Assembly (NCBI GenBank): GCA_029838195.1
Contig: JALGVJ010000012.1
Coordinates: 32,001 to 96,000, forward strand
DNA: 64,000 nt
Source: Promethearchaeota archaeon
Lineage (GTDB): Archaea > Asgardarchaeota > Lokiarchaeia > Sigyniarchaeales > SOKP01
Direction of reading: 5' to 3'
The notes beneath the pieces were generated by a model. The model was not told the origin of the DNA. It worked only from the letters and a program-made list of their open reading frames with translations, and ran no database searches. Numbering within the stretch: the first letter of the stretch is position 1; every line of letters starts with the position of its first letter. This document shows positions 31,322 to 41,010 of the stretch, piece by piece. The position numbers were made by a program, and so were the translations under genes.

Positions 31322-31963
31322 CTATTTTTTTAATTCCCTTAACGTCATTTCAGCATTAGAACGATCCTCACCAGATAATTGTCCTAAATGAAATTTAATC
31401 TCGTCTCCATTTAAAAACATAATATCTTCAAATGCCAGTCTGCTGAAAAATCTAGTAATTTTATCAATTAATACTTTCAATGCGGGTTCCTTTAGCCGGC
31501 AAACATAAAAATATTGAATATTATTTTGAAAAAATTCATATGGAATTAAAAAAAGGCTTTTAAAATCTAATAATTTTGGTTTTTTAAAAAATTCAATTTG
31601 TTCCATCGGAGGAAAATAGTAAAACCTTGTTTCATCTCTAATGATATTTCTTATTCCCTTTACTCTCTTTTTAATATTATTAACAGAGAGTTTATTTTCA
31701 GGAAGATCTGTCAATTCCGCAAATAAAATTGAATAACCTTGTCGAATATCGCAAGATTGTGACAATATGACGCCATGAGCAAGAATAGGTTTTATTTTAA
31801 AATCTCCTTTTTCAGGTATTTCATTAATTTGAATGTTTTCTAACCAATAATTCTTAATATCATCGAAATTAACTTGATTAGGAGTTATTTTGGGAATATT
31901 TTGTAAAACATCTCCTTGTTGAGAAGGCCTTTCGGTACATTCGTGTCGTAAATCATATGTTAT
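31322..31963 (-). CDS. QGD...SQSCD-motif protein, putative PemK/MazF-like toxin (non-ATG or lost start)
   Basis: The frame stays open 198 bp upstream of the track start: (ATA)TYDLRHECTERPSQQGDVL...HGVILSQSCDIR. In-frame TGA immediately before the ATA at 31963. Confidence 0.6.
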   Translation of the reverse strand: MTYDLRHECTERPSQQGDVLQNIPKITPNQVNFDDIKNYWLENIQINEIPEKGDFKIKPILAHGVILSQSCDIRQGYSILFAELTDLPENKLSVNNIKKRVKGIRNIIRDETRFYYFPPMEQIEFFKKPKLLDFKSLFLIPYEFFQNNIQYFYVCRLKEPALKVLIDKITRFFSRLAFEDIMFLNGDEIKFHLGQLSGEDRSNAEMTLRELKK

Positions 31964-31991
31964 TCAAAAAAAAACGCATGGTTTTTAAAAA

Positions 31992-33227
31992 TTAATCATT
32001 TAAAATATTTGCCAATTCCTTTTCAAGTTCTTTTTGATTGTTTTGTTCTTTTTGAAAAATTAATAAAGTGTCTATTAGATCATCTATAGCAATGAGAACG
32101 TCTTCAGAAACATTAGATAATAGCGAATTTTTATAAGAATTCAAGAATTCAATGGTAATGAAATCTACTGGACATATTTTCCATTGTAAAGCACCATTGA
32201 TTTTATCGAATGTTGCCGGATAAATTTCTTTTAAACCTATTATCTGAAAAATGGTGAAAATCTGTTGGAAATTAATAACAGGCTCTTTTCTTGTTGCTTT
32301 CCAATATAATAAAAGGCCCTCAATGAATTTATCAAAAATTTCAGGTAATAACTCCTTAAGATCATAATAAATTCTCTTCAAATTATCATATAATTGTTTC
32401 ACTATATTTATTATAGCTTCTATGAAATTTTTAATCCATGAAGTTAAATTATCACTATTTACTGGATCTATACTATCTTCTATCAATTCATTTTTTTCAT
32501 TATTTTCAAAATTAATATATGTTTTCATTAATTTATGCATTATATTTAAAAATTTATCTTCAATGATATCATAAATATCATCTAATTCATCATTTAAAGT
32601 ACCTTCATTCTCTATAGAAAAATTTTTTGTTCTTATATATATATTTTCTAAATTAAAACAAAAATGCCCTTCCTTTTTAGAAGACAGTCCTCTTAACCTA
32701 ATTATATATTTATCGGATTCTGATGTTAAAACTTTTATAGCGCAATAAAAATCATTATAATCAATCTCCCAATTAGAGGGAAATTCTGTGTGTAATTTAA
32801 AAAATTTTTTTAATTCGAAACCTTTCGAAGGAAAATTAAATTCATCAATATATTCCATTCTAATTTGCTCAATTTCCTTAATTTTTAAATTATTATTTAA
32901 TTTTTTTAAAGTTTCAATTATTTTATTTTTTATATCTTTCCAAGATGAATATTCTGTAAAAATGAATATCAGACCATTCGAATAAAAATGAATTTGACGC
33001 GTTTTCTCCTCATTTAAAAATTGAATCGGTCCTATTTGGATTGGAAAATCTATTTTAGTTAATATATCACTTGGATATTCTATTATATTTATATTGGGAG
33101 CAATCGGATACTTTTCTTTTATTGCATTTTCGAATTGAGCCATCATTTCAAAAGATAATTTTTTAGGCTTATTTAATTTAAAGTCAATTCTAAATGATTT
33201 TAAAGGTGGATTTTTTATTATTACCAT
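31992..33227 (-). CDS. TIGR04255-like protein with C-terminal helical extension
   Basis: KNPPL, EYSSWKDIK and QIRMEYIDEF match the family pattern. ATG at 33227 preferred as start. Confidence 0.7.
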   Translation of the reverse strand: MVIIKNPPLKSFRIDFKLNKPKKLSFEMMAQFENAIKEKYPIAPNINIIEYPSDILTKIDFPIQIGPIQFLNEEKTRQIHFYSNGLIFIFTEYSSWKDIKNKIIETLKKLNNNLKIKEIEQIRMEYIDEFNFPSKGFELKKFFKLHTEFPSNWEIDYNDFYCAIKVLTSESDKYIIRLRGLSSKKEGHFCFNLENIYIRTKNFSIENEGTLNDELDDIYDIIEDKFLNIMHKLMKTYINFENNEKNELIEDSIDPVNSDNLTSWIKNFIEAIINIVKQLYDNLKRIYYDLKELLPEIFDKFIEGLLLYWKATRKEPVINFQQIFTIFQIIGLKEIYPATFDKINGALQWKICPVDFITIEFLNSYKNSLLSNVSEDVLIAIDDLIDTLLIFQKEQNNQKELEKELANILND

Positions 33228-33429
33228 AATAAATTTGTTTCTAGTTCTTTCTTTCTTTTTTCTACTATTGACATCAAGAGAAGTCAATTCATTTTCTTTT
33301 TATATTATAGACCTGACTTTCATTAATGATATAGATACGAATTTTTCAATTCGTATTGGAAAAAAGCACCATTTGGAGTATCACTTATTTTATCCTTATC
33401 ATTTCTCTTTTTCTTCTCTTTTTTTTGTG

Positions 33430-33534
33430 TTCCTTGAATTACAGCTTTTTTTTCTTATCAATGATCCTTGGAATCTTCTTGATCATCCATTTAATCCTCA
33501 TGAGAAAAATAATCATTCCAAACACATGTTAAAT
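33430..33534 (+). repeat. 105-bp direct repeat, copy 2
   Basis: Orphan copy of the MFS 3' end, 101/105 identical to copy 1. Confidence 0.93.
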
Positions 33535-33773
33535 TTTAATCTCATTAAAAACAAGAAATTATTTGAAAAATTTCATTAAAATTATATTTTCTTGAATTAA
33601 GCAAATAATTGGAATGGTCATGAGAAAATTATTAGAATAATGGACTTTATTGCCAACAAATTTAAATTAATTTCCCCTTATCTCTTTTTTTTTTTTAAAT
33701 CATCATGAAATAATCAAAAATCGTTAAATTTTGAAAAATCGAAACGCAAGAGATGATTAGGAAGAGAAAAAAG

Positions 33774-33880
33774 CGCCCACAGCGGGATTTGAACCCGCGT
33801 CGCAGGAGTGACAGTCCCGATTCAGCCTCCCTGCCAAATAGCAGAACAAAGAATGCTAGACCGTGCTACACTATGTGGGC
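33774..33880 (-). tRNA. tRNA-Asp(GUC) with 32-nt intron at about position 25/26
   Basis: Acceptor GCCCACA/TGTGGGC, anticodon arm CGGGA-CTGTCAC-TCCTG, T arm GCGGG-TTCAAAT-CCCGC. Removing 33821..33852 gives 75 nt. Confidence 0.92.
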
Positions 33881-34230
33881 AAGTAAAAAAAATATATTTT
33901 AAGTGATGATTAAAATGTACTAAATTATAAAAATTTTATTCTCTTTCATTACTTGTTAACCGGGAGATAAATAGGTAAGCGAGCGAGAAAAAATCTTTTA
34001 GAATATAATGAAGGAAGAATGGCGGGTTCATGGACCAATCGAATTTTTTTCGCATGAATTGATATCGGGCACATAGAAGGTAACTAAAACACACGTGAAT
34101 ATGTAAGGAAGAGGAATGCGACTTATGGGAACATTTTTATAGGTACATCACGATGTTTTTAATATAATAACAGGTTGAGTTTTTTCATTTTAAGGGTTAT
34201 ATGGTAATTTTAGGAGGATAAGGGCTTTAA

Positions 34231-34668
34231 TTGCATAGATTAAAGTCATTACTAGATCAGCTGGAGCAAGAGAAAGAGAGGGATCGGTTTAGTTCAATTT
34301 TGGATGAAGTGATTAGAAGCTGTGTTCAGATTGGGGAGTGGGAGGATGAAATTAAGGAAGAAATGAAATTATTGGATAAAATTTATCAATTTTGCGTTAG
34401 AGAAGGAAAAGATATAATATTTAGTTTTTGGATAAAGAGAGAGCATAATAAATTGATTTATCAACAAGGAATTAATGAGAAAGCGGATCTTAAGATGATG
34501 ATGACAAGGGAATCTTTACTGAAAGCATTAAAGCGAGAAGTTTATTTGGCCGATTATTACATGCGGGGCATGATTGAACTCGAGGGAGATTTTTATGAGA
34601 TAATAAAATTTAGGAATTTTTTTCAATTTCTTTTGGAATATTTTTCAAGAAAGCGGAAGGCGAGATAA
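34231..34668 (+). CDS. SCP2 sterol/lipid-binding domain protein (divergent)
   Basis: ADLKMMM...YMRGMIELEGDFYEIIKF, with SD GGAGG upstream. Confidence 0.75.
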   Translation: MHRLKSLLDQLEQEKERDRFSSILDEVIRSCVQIGEWEDEIKEEMKLLDKIYQFCVREGKDIIFSFWIKREHNKLIYQQGINEKADLKMMMTRESLLKALKREVYLADYYMRGMIELEGDFYEIIKFRNFFQFLLEYFSRKRKAR

Positions 34669-34770
34669 GGATTATCCCTAACTCCAAGAGATAGGATTAT
34701 TTTTACGGTTAAATGAAAAATTTTATTTGATTTCAATTATTATACTATTTAGACTCAATTATATTTGATT

Positions 34771-34875
34771 GGGCCTGTAATCTAGTCTGGATGTAGATTT
34801 CCGCATAGAAATTTTGCCAGAAAGGGTGCCCGGCTTCGGACTGGGATGTCGCAGGTTCGAATCCTGCCAGGCCCG
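34771..34875 (+). tRNA. tRNA-Arg(UCG) with 30-nt D-loop intron (about 20/21)
   Basis: Acceptor GGGCCTG/CAGGCCC, anticodon arm CCCGG-CTTCGGA-CTGGG, T arm GCAGG-TTCGAAT-CCTGC. Removing 34793..34822 gives 75 nt. Confidence 0.92.
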
Positions 34876-35186
34876 TTGATTTTCTTTTTCTTATTTTTAT
34901 TTTTAATGATTTTTTCAATAATTTGGAATTAATCATTCTTATCAGAAAACTGAATAAAATTAATGCACCGTAAGATAATAGGATTGAATTTCAGAATGTA
35001 AATTCTGATTCTTTTAATTTTTGAATAAGTTATTTTTCGAATTCATTAATAATTTTTTCCTCTTATATGGAATGAGGCATTAAGATTAATATTTTTTCAA
35101 AACGACATTTAAATAGAAAATCTTAAATATTTTAAATATTAAATATTAAAAATTTAAATTAATCCTTTGAATAAAGTTTAACAAGC

Positions 35187-36257
35187 ATGTTAGGATGGAA
35201 AGAAATTTATAAATTAAAGGAGCAATATCATTTTGGAGAATGCAATGGAGGATGGAATTTGGATTCTTATCCGGAACTCGAGTCCTTAGATGCGGGCAAA
35301 TCAATAACAATTGCTAGAATATTAGGACCTGGAATAATAACTAATATACATACCACGCAGCATTTCATCCAAGATCCTGAACTTACAATAGAACAAAGAA
35401 GAGCTTTATGCGCGCGAGGTGTTATTCTTGAAATTTATTTCAATGATAATCCAATACCTTCGGTTAGAGTTCCACTTGCGGATTTTTTCGCTGACGGTTG
35501 TTTAGGGCAGGCAGAGGATTTCACTACTCCGTTTGTTGAAAAGGCACCAAAATCATATAATTGTTTCATTCCAATGCCATTCGAGAAATCTGCCCGAGTT
35601 GTACTCAGTAATGAAACGGCTCATAATATGTTAAATTATAGTTATGTTGAATATGAAGCATTTGATTCTTGGACGGAAAATCTTGGTTATTTTCATGCTA
35701 CTTGGAAGAGGTTTGCATTCCAATTAAATAATGATACGAATCATCATTTTTTTCATATAGATGGCAAGGGGCACTTAATAGGAAGGGCATATAGCATTAG
35801 TACGGATGAGCCGATGTTTAGAGGGTTCTATTATGTCATGGAGGGGAATAATGAGATAAGAATTGATGGTGAGGATGAACCAAGAGTTGATTATTTAGGT
35901 ACGGAAGATTCATTTGGATTTAGCTGGGGATTTCAGAAACTTTTCAATGGAATTTTTAATGGTATCAATTATGTTAATCCCGCAAAACCCGCTTTACTTA
36001 GCATGTATCGTTTTCGGGGTATAAACCATATTGGATTTAATAAAAGTTTGGATCTTCGCATAAATTGGTCAAACGATTGGACCAACAACGAAACGTTCCA
36101 GAAAAGAATTTCAAGAATAAATGCTAAAGATCGTGGTTGGATAGATTATGCTACAACATATTATTGGTATCAGGATAAAGTTGGATATGAGCATGAGCCT
36201 TTAATGCCGGTTAATGAGAGAATTAAATTAATTTTAAGATCAAATCTTGATAAGTGA
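35187..36257 (+). CDS. DUF2961 (GH172-like) glycoside hydrolase
   Basis: GPGII..I, PSVRVPLADFF, NCFIPMPF, EG, GTEDSFG and YWYQ motifs. Confidence 0.82.
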   Translation: MLGWKEIYKLKEQYHFGECNGGWNLDSYPELESLDAGKSITIARILGPGIITNIHTTQHFIQDPELTIEQRRALCARGVILEIYFNDNPIPSVRVPLADFFADGCLGQAEDFTTPFVEKAPKSYNCFIPMPFEKSARVVLSNETAHNMLNYSYVEYEAFDSWTENLGYFHATWKRFAFQLNNDTNHHFFHIDGKGHLIGRAYSISTDEPMFRGFYYVMEGNNEIRIDGEDEPRVDYLGTEDSFGFSWGFQKLFNGIFNGINYVNPAKPALLSMYRFRGINHIGFNKSLDLRINWSNDWTNNETFQKRISRINAKDRGWIDYATTYYWYQDKVGYEHEPLMPVNERIKLILRSNLDK

Positions 36258-36384
36258 AACCACTTGAACATATTAGGGAAATGTTTTAAAATTTAAAGAG
36301 GTCGATATTGATTTTCTTAAATTTCAAGGAGAACGATTAATAAATATCTCATGGACTTAATCTTTAGAATGAATTAAATACGAA

Positions 36385-36810
36385 ATGGAGATAAAAATTG
36401 AGAAATCTTAAAAAGTAAGTAAAAAAGATATTAAAAAAGCAAATGTAGATGGTGTTAAGTATTACAGGTGAGAATAATAAGCCTCATAGTTCAGTTGTCG
36501 AGTATCAGAGTGATGGGAACTCTCTTTATATTCAAATGGTTTCAGAAATAATTAAAGCAAGAGATATCATGAAAAATGATAAAGTTTCCGGAACTATTCA
36601 TTTTTGGAAAAATTTCTTACATGAGATACTTCCCGCACCTCCAGCTGAATTGCATTTTACGGCAAAGGCTGAAATCATTTCTAAAGAAGATAAGGATGAA
36701 AGAAAAGTTTTAAAGAAGTTTATCAAGAATACAGAAAGTATTAGCATTAAATGAGCTGAATTGGATTATAAATTCGGAGAAAGACCATAATAGCATTATA
36801 ATGGAATGAC
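36385..36810 (+). pseudogene. PNPOx-like (FMN split-barrel) pseudogene
   Basis: Core MVLSIT..NKPHSSVV...KARDI.KN.KVS. The upstream frame reads LKK*VKKILKKQM*MVLS, and the 3' end is also disrupted. Boundaries approximate. Confidence 0.6.
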
Positions 36811-36900
36811 TAATAAAAGAATGGAAGAAGAATTTCAAGTATTTAAGCACTAGATAAAACATGGAATATTGGCAATAAAATAGGAAATTTCTTATAGGAT

Positions 36901-37944
36901 TTAATTCAAAACAATCATTTTATCAAGGACTTGGTCTTGTAATAGGATGCGATAATAGGATAATTTATCTTGAAAATATACTTTTTCTAATTTTCCTTCT
37001 ACGAGAACGTTTTCTCCAGCTTTAGCTTGCTCGCAAAATCTGCCTCTAAAAGATGAAATTTCTTTTATTTCTTTCATCACAATCTCTTTACCTTTTATAT
37101 CCACGTGAAGGATTTTTTGAGGTTCGATTTGATAAGAACAAGGAGTAAAAATGGAATCGTCTGAATTAACAATTTTTGCTTTCAGTGAAATTCTTCCAAG
37201 ATTTTTGAATTTATAGTCATCATATGAGCCGCCCCAGTCTTTAGGGCTCTTAATATAGCGAATAAAAAATTCAAAGCCCTTATATATGCCTTGGTGTAAT
37301 TTTCTTTGTTCGGTAAACAAGAACGTATCAAAAGGGATATTAGAGCCGCCTACTCTCCATTCATAATGAGTTTGATATTCGCTTAAAGTATATTTTCTGC
37401 AAAAATTATTGTTTTCGAAAATTGATGGAAGATATTCTTGAAACTGCTTGCTAATTTCAGTTCCATAGATGATTAAATCAATATCGGAATCATTTTTATA
37501 AAGTCCGACCATAGGAGAGCCAGAAATACCTATCGCATACTCGGGCAAGTTTCCTTCAGAAATAAACAGGCGGTATAATTCAAGTGAGCATTTTTCTAAT
37601 CGCGTGAGATTAGAGCGATGAATTAAAGATTTTAAATATTTTCGCGGGGTGTATATTTTTTTAATATCTTCATTTTTCACACCTTGAAGTTTCACATCCC
37701 ATTGTTGAGAATAAAATAAGTATTGGGGATAGTTATTATTCAAAAATTCAAATCTTTCCTTGAGGTCATAAGTTTTTTTATAGCGTAAGCCATTTTTAAT
37801 TCTATTGCCAGCAGGATCTGGATAAAAGCGAAGGAAACAAATTTTTCGATCTGGGGGATGGAGTAATCCTTTTACATCAAAAAACAAGTGGTCTTTCTTG
37901 GTTTCTATGTAATCACCTTCAATTCCTTCTATTATTTGCTCCAT
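36901..37944 (-). CDS. Archaeal nucleotidyltransferase-domain protein
   Basis: GISGS...DSDIDLIIYG (pol-beta superfamily), with N-terminal VKG..HP and a C-terminal OB-like region. Confidence 0.78.
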   Translation of the reverse strand: MEQIIEGIEGDYIETKKDHLFFDVKGLLHPPDRKICFLRFYPDPAGNRIKNGLRYKKTYDLKERFEFLNNNYPQYLFYSQQWDVKLQGVKNEDIKKIYTPRKYLKSLIHRSNLTRLEKCSLELYRLFISEGNLPEYAIGISGSPMVGLYKNDSDIDLIIYGTEISKQFQEYLPSIFENNNFCRKYTLSEYQTHYEWRVGGSNIPFDTFLFTEQRKLHQGIYKGFEFFIRYIKSPKDWGGSYDDYKFKNLGRISLKAKIVNSDDSIFTPCSYQIEPQKILHVDIKGKEIVMKEIKEISSFRGRFCEQAKAGENVLVEGKLEKVYFQDKLSYYRILLQDQVLDKMIVLN

Positions 37945-38090
37945 TTTATTTTTAGGGTAATTTTTTAAAGAAGCGGTATTTAAACTAAATTTTAAGAAAG
38001 AAAGTGGAAATAAAAGGCTTATGGATTCTTGAGAAATGCATGGATTTTTTTCATATTTCGGGACTAATTTTTCAAGAGAAATATTTTTTT

Positions 38091-39035
38091 CTATTCTTCT
38101 TTGAGTGTTCTTCTTAATTCTTCAATAGTGGTATTCATTTCAGCATAAACATTATACGGATGTATGCTTTCATAACTTTCAATTTTAAAAATGATTTTTA
38201 AATCATCCTCTAAATTGGGAAAATCTCGTGCAAGAAAATTTTTTGCCATTTCCCTGACTACATCTTCTGAGAAGAGAGGTTTTAAATGGGAACTTCGAAT
38301 TAGTTCGGCTTCTTCCGGTCGTTTTAAGACAGATTGGATACGTCCACTCATAGATTCTTCGATCACGTCAATTATGTCGAGCACATCAATTTGATGGCTA
38401 TTCAATTGAGTAATTTGGAGAATGATGGTACCTTTTGAACGTTGATTGTGCGAGGCATAAGGTAAGATGTTGATTAATTTATTCAAATCTTCTTCAGAAA
38501 TATTGATATCATTTCTTGATTGAATGATTTCTTTTGCATATTCTTGGCTCATTTCTTTTGCACAAGGGCAAACCGTCATACCCACAGCACTGGCTCCAAT
38601 AAAATATTTATAATTAATGGCTCCTTCAAGGTTTTTTTCAGCGATCACGCATGTACTAATCTCATATGATTTTTGGATGGCTCTTTTCTCATTTTCTCGC
38701 ATTTGAATGATGATTTTTCCCTCCAATTTAACCTCAGCTTTAGAGGTATAGGGGTGTCGTTTCATTAATTTTTTAGCAATTCTATGAGCTAGTTCTTCAA
38801 TAGAAGGTGTGGGTTTGAAAATCACTTCATTGATGACCTCTTCAATGGTCTCAGAAGTTCTCGACATATGAATTCCTCTCTGTTTAGCGGGAAGGCTAAT
38901 CAAGGCGGAGATTTTCGGATAAAAGGAGTATCTCTTGTTTTTCACGTTTTCAATTTCAACTTTTTTCTCTAATCCTCTAATTCCGACCTTATCGATTTCA
39001 AGATTGACACTTGAATTAGTATCTTGCAAGTCCAT
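38091..39035 (-). CDS. mptA: GTP cyclohydrolase MptA (FolE2 family)
   Basis: DLQD, RGIHMSR, GMTVCPC, SHNQR, KRPEE and ESIH motifs. Confidence 0.9.
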   Translation of the reverse strand: MDLQDTNSSVNLEIDKVGIRGLEKKVEIENVKNKRYSFYPKISALISLPAKQRGIHMSRTSETIEEVINEVIFKPTPSIEELAHRIAKKLMKRHPYTSKAEVKLEGKIIIQMRENEKRAIQKSYEISTCVIAEKNLEGAINYKYFIGASAVGMTVCPCAKEMSQEYAKEIIQSRNDINISEEDLNKLINILPYASHNQRSKGTIILQITQLNSHQIDVLDIIDVIEESMSGRIQSVLKRPEEAELIRSSHLKPLFSEDVVREMAKNFLARDFPNLEDDLKIIFKIESYESIHPYNVYAEMNTTIEELRRTLKEE

Positions 39036-39182
39036 TTTGAATTCGTGAATCGAGCATCACCAAGCTAAGTAAAAGATAATTATTATTTAATTATCTCTAA
39101 TTTTTAAAAAGATGAATCAATTTTAATATTTAATATTTTATAGATAAATTGGTCATTTGTCTGACTTGCTGAGAAGAATTTA

Positions 39183-40352
39183 ATGTCAAGGAAATCGATC
39201 TCTTGTCGCTTTGGACTCATTGGAGATGAGTTAGTACTAAAAGAAGATATAAATTTAGAGATTGATGGAAATGGTAAAATAAGAAACATTACTTTTAAAT
39301 CTCCAGATGGAATTTTGGATTTAAGAAAAGAAAAAAGGAATTATTTAATGATCCCAGCCTTGATAAATGCTCATGTTCATGTTGGAGATAGTTTTGCCAA
39401 AGAAATGGGTTTTAATGAAGATTTAAAAAAGGTGGTTGCTCCTCCCAATGGATTAAAACATCATTTATTACGGACCACCTCCGATGCCACTAAACAAGAA
39501 GGCATGAAAAATGCGATGGAAGAAATGATTACTAATGGCATCACGTGTTTCGCAGACTTTAGGGAAGAGGGTATTGTGGGCATTAAATTATTGAAAAAAG
39601 CACTTGAAAAAGGAAGTCTCAAGGGAATCATTCTTGGAAGATTTAAAACCATTAATGAATTGGAACCCATTTTTCAATTGGCAAACGGATTGGGATTATC
39701 AAGCTACAAAGCAGTTGAGGCAGAATTCATAGAAGAACTACAATCTCTAAAGCAAAAATACCGGAAATTAATAGCATGTCATTGCGCAGAAGTGGAACGG
39801 AGAGAAGATTTAATCAATCGGTTGTTAAATGAAGATTTAGTCGATATCATAGTCCATGGAACCCATTTAAATGAAAAAGATTTAAAAACGATTAAAGAAA
39901 AAAACCTTTCTTTAGTATTCTGTCCGAGATCTAATGGATATTTTGGCGTGGGGTTTCCTCCTATTAACGTGGCTAAAAAATTGGAAATTCCCATTAGTCT
40001 TGGCACGGATAACGTCATGGTAAATAACTTGAATTTATTTGAAGAATTGCGTTATTTATACAGAATCCAGCGAGTTTTTAGTCAAAAACGCGAACAAGAG
40101 GCATTAAATCCCTTGGACATGTTAAAAATGATTACCATTAATCCCGCAAGAGCGTTAAGAATAGATGATACGATGGGGTCTCTTTCAAAAGGAAAGGACG
40201 CAAATTTCATTTTAATAGATTTAAATCATCCTAACTATTACGTGTCACGATTGAATGCAAAAAATCTTTATCCTTTAATAATTCAAAGAACTAATACAGA
40301 AAACTTGAAAAAAGTATATATTAAAGGAAAAAAGATTCATGAAAAGCCCTAA
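39183..40352 (+). CDS. Metal-dependent amidohydrolase
   Basis: NAHVH, HCAE, VHGT, CPRSN and GTDN motifs. Confidence 0.87.
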   Translation: MSRKSISCRFGLIGDELVLKEDINLEIDGNGKIRNITFKSPDGILDLRKEKRNYLMIPALINAHVHVGDSFAKEMGFNEDLKKVVAPPNGLKHHLLRTTSDATKQEGMKNAMEEMITNGITCFADFREEGIVGIKLLKKALEKGSLKGIILGRFKTINELEPIFQLANGLGLSSYKAVEAEFIEELQSLKQKYRKLIACHCAEVERREDLINRLLNEDLVDIIVHGTHLNEKDLKTIKEKNLSLVFCPRSNGYFGVGFPPINVAKKLEIPISLGTDNVMVNNLNLFEELRYLYRIQRVFSQKREQEALNPLDMLKMITINPARALRIDDTMGSLSKGKDANFILIDLNHPNYYVSRLNAKNLYPLIIQRTNTENLKKVYIKGKKIHEKP

Positions 40353-41010
40353 AAAACCTTACGTGATTTTAAGTGCCGCTATGACCATTGATGGCAAGAT
40401 TGCTTCTAAAACGGGTGATCCAGAATTATCCGATGAGGCGGACTGGAAAGAAGTCCATAAATTAAGAACAAAAGTAGATGCTATCATGGTAGGGAAAGGT
40501 ACGATTCTTAAAGATAATCCCAAGCTCCATATTAAATATTTCTCTCATAAAGGATATTATAGAATTGTCGTGGATAGTCATCTTACAATTCCGCTGGATG
40601 CGAACGTCATTACATATGAGCCTGCGCTTTATCCAACGATTATTTGCACCACAGAGAATATTTCCTCTAGTCGAATTACCCTTTATCAAGCAAGAGGAAT
40701 TACAATCATACAAGCGGGAAAGGGTGTCAAAGTTGATTTATCAAGAGCCTTGGAGGCACTTTCTGATATGGGGATAAAAAAAATTTTACTGGAAGGAGGA
40801 GGAACTTTAAATTGGGGCTTTTTAGAAAAGGATTTAATAGATGAAATAAGATTAACAATAGCACCATGGTTTGTTGGTGGAAAACATGCCGTGAGCTTGG
40901 TGGATGGAGAAGGTTTTGATAAGATGAGCGAATGTCCTCGATATCATTTAATTAATGTGAAAAAAAGAGAAAATTATTTGACCTTAAATTATAAAAGAAT
41001 GAGATCATGA
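40339..41010 (+). CDS. arfC: 2,5-diamino-6-ribosylamino-4(3H)-pyrimidinone 5'-phosphate reductase (Rib7/ArfC)
   Basis: AMTIDGKIA, HKLR, VGKGT..DNP and EGGG motifs. Stand-alone RibD C-terminal domain. Confidence 0.85.
   Translation: MKSPKKPYVILSAAMTIDGKIASKTGDPELSDEADWKEVHKLRTKVDAIMVGKGTILKDNPKLHIKYFSHKGYYRIVVDSHLTIPLDANVITYEPALYPTIICTTENISSSRITLYQARGITIIQAGKGVKVDLSRALEALSDMGIKKILLEGGGTLNWGFLEKDLIDEIRLTIAPWFVGGKHAVSLVDGEGFDKMSECPRYHLINVKKRENYLTLNYKRMRS

Larger units (their letters stand above)
31067..33429. mobile_element. Small AT-rich genomic islet flanked by direct repeats
   Basis: Bounded by the 105-bp duplication, visibly lower GC, two sporadic-type genes, no integrase. Confidence 0.7.

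Noticed and set aside
33235-33579. 114-aa ORF
   Set aside because: Low-complexity reading across the islet edge and the duplicated MFS tail, with no coherent protein.
33774-33820. tRNA-Asp 3' end as the islet attachment site
   Set aside because: No duplicate of the tRNA 3' end was seen in the window. The duplicated sequence is the MFS tail.
34745-34936. 63-aa minus-strand ORF
   Set aside because: Antisense to tRNA-Arg. GFEPATS is the typical translation of a tRNA T-arm.
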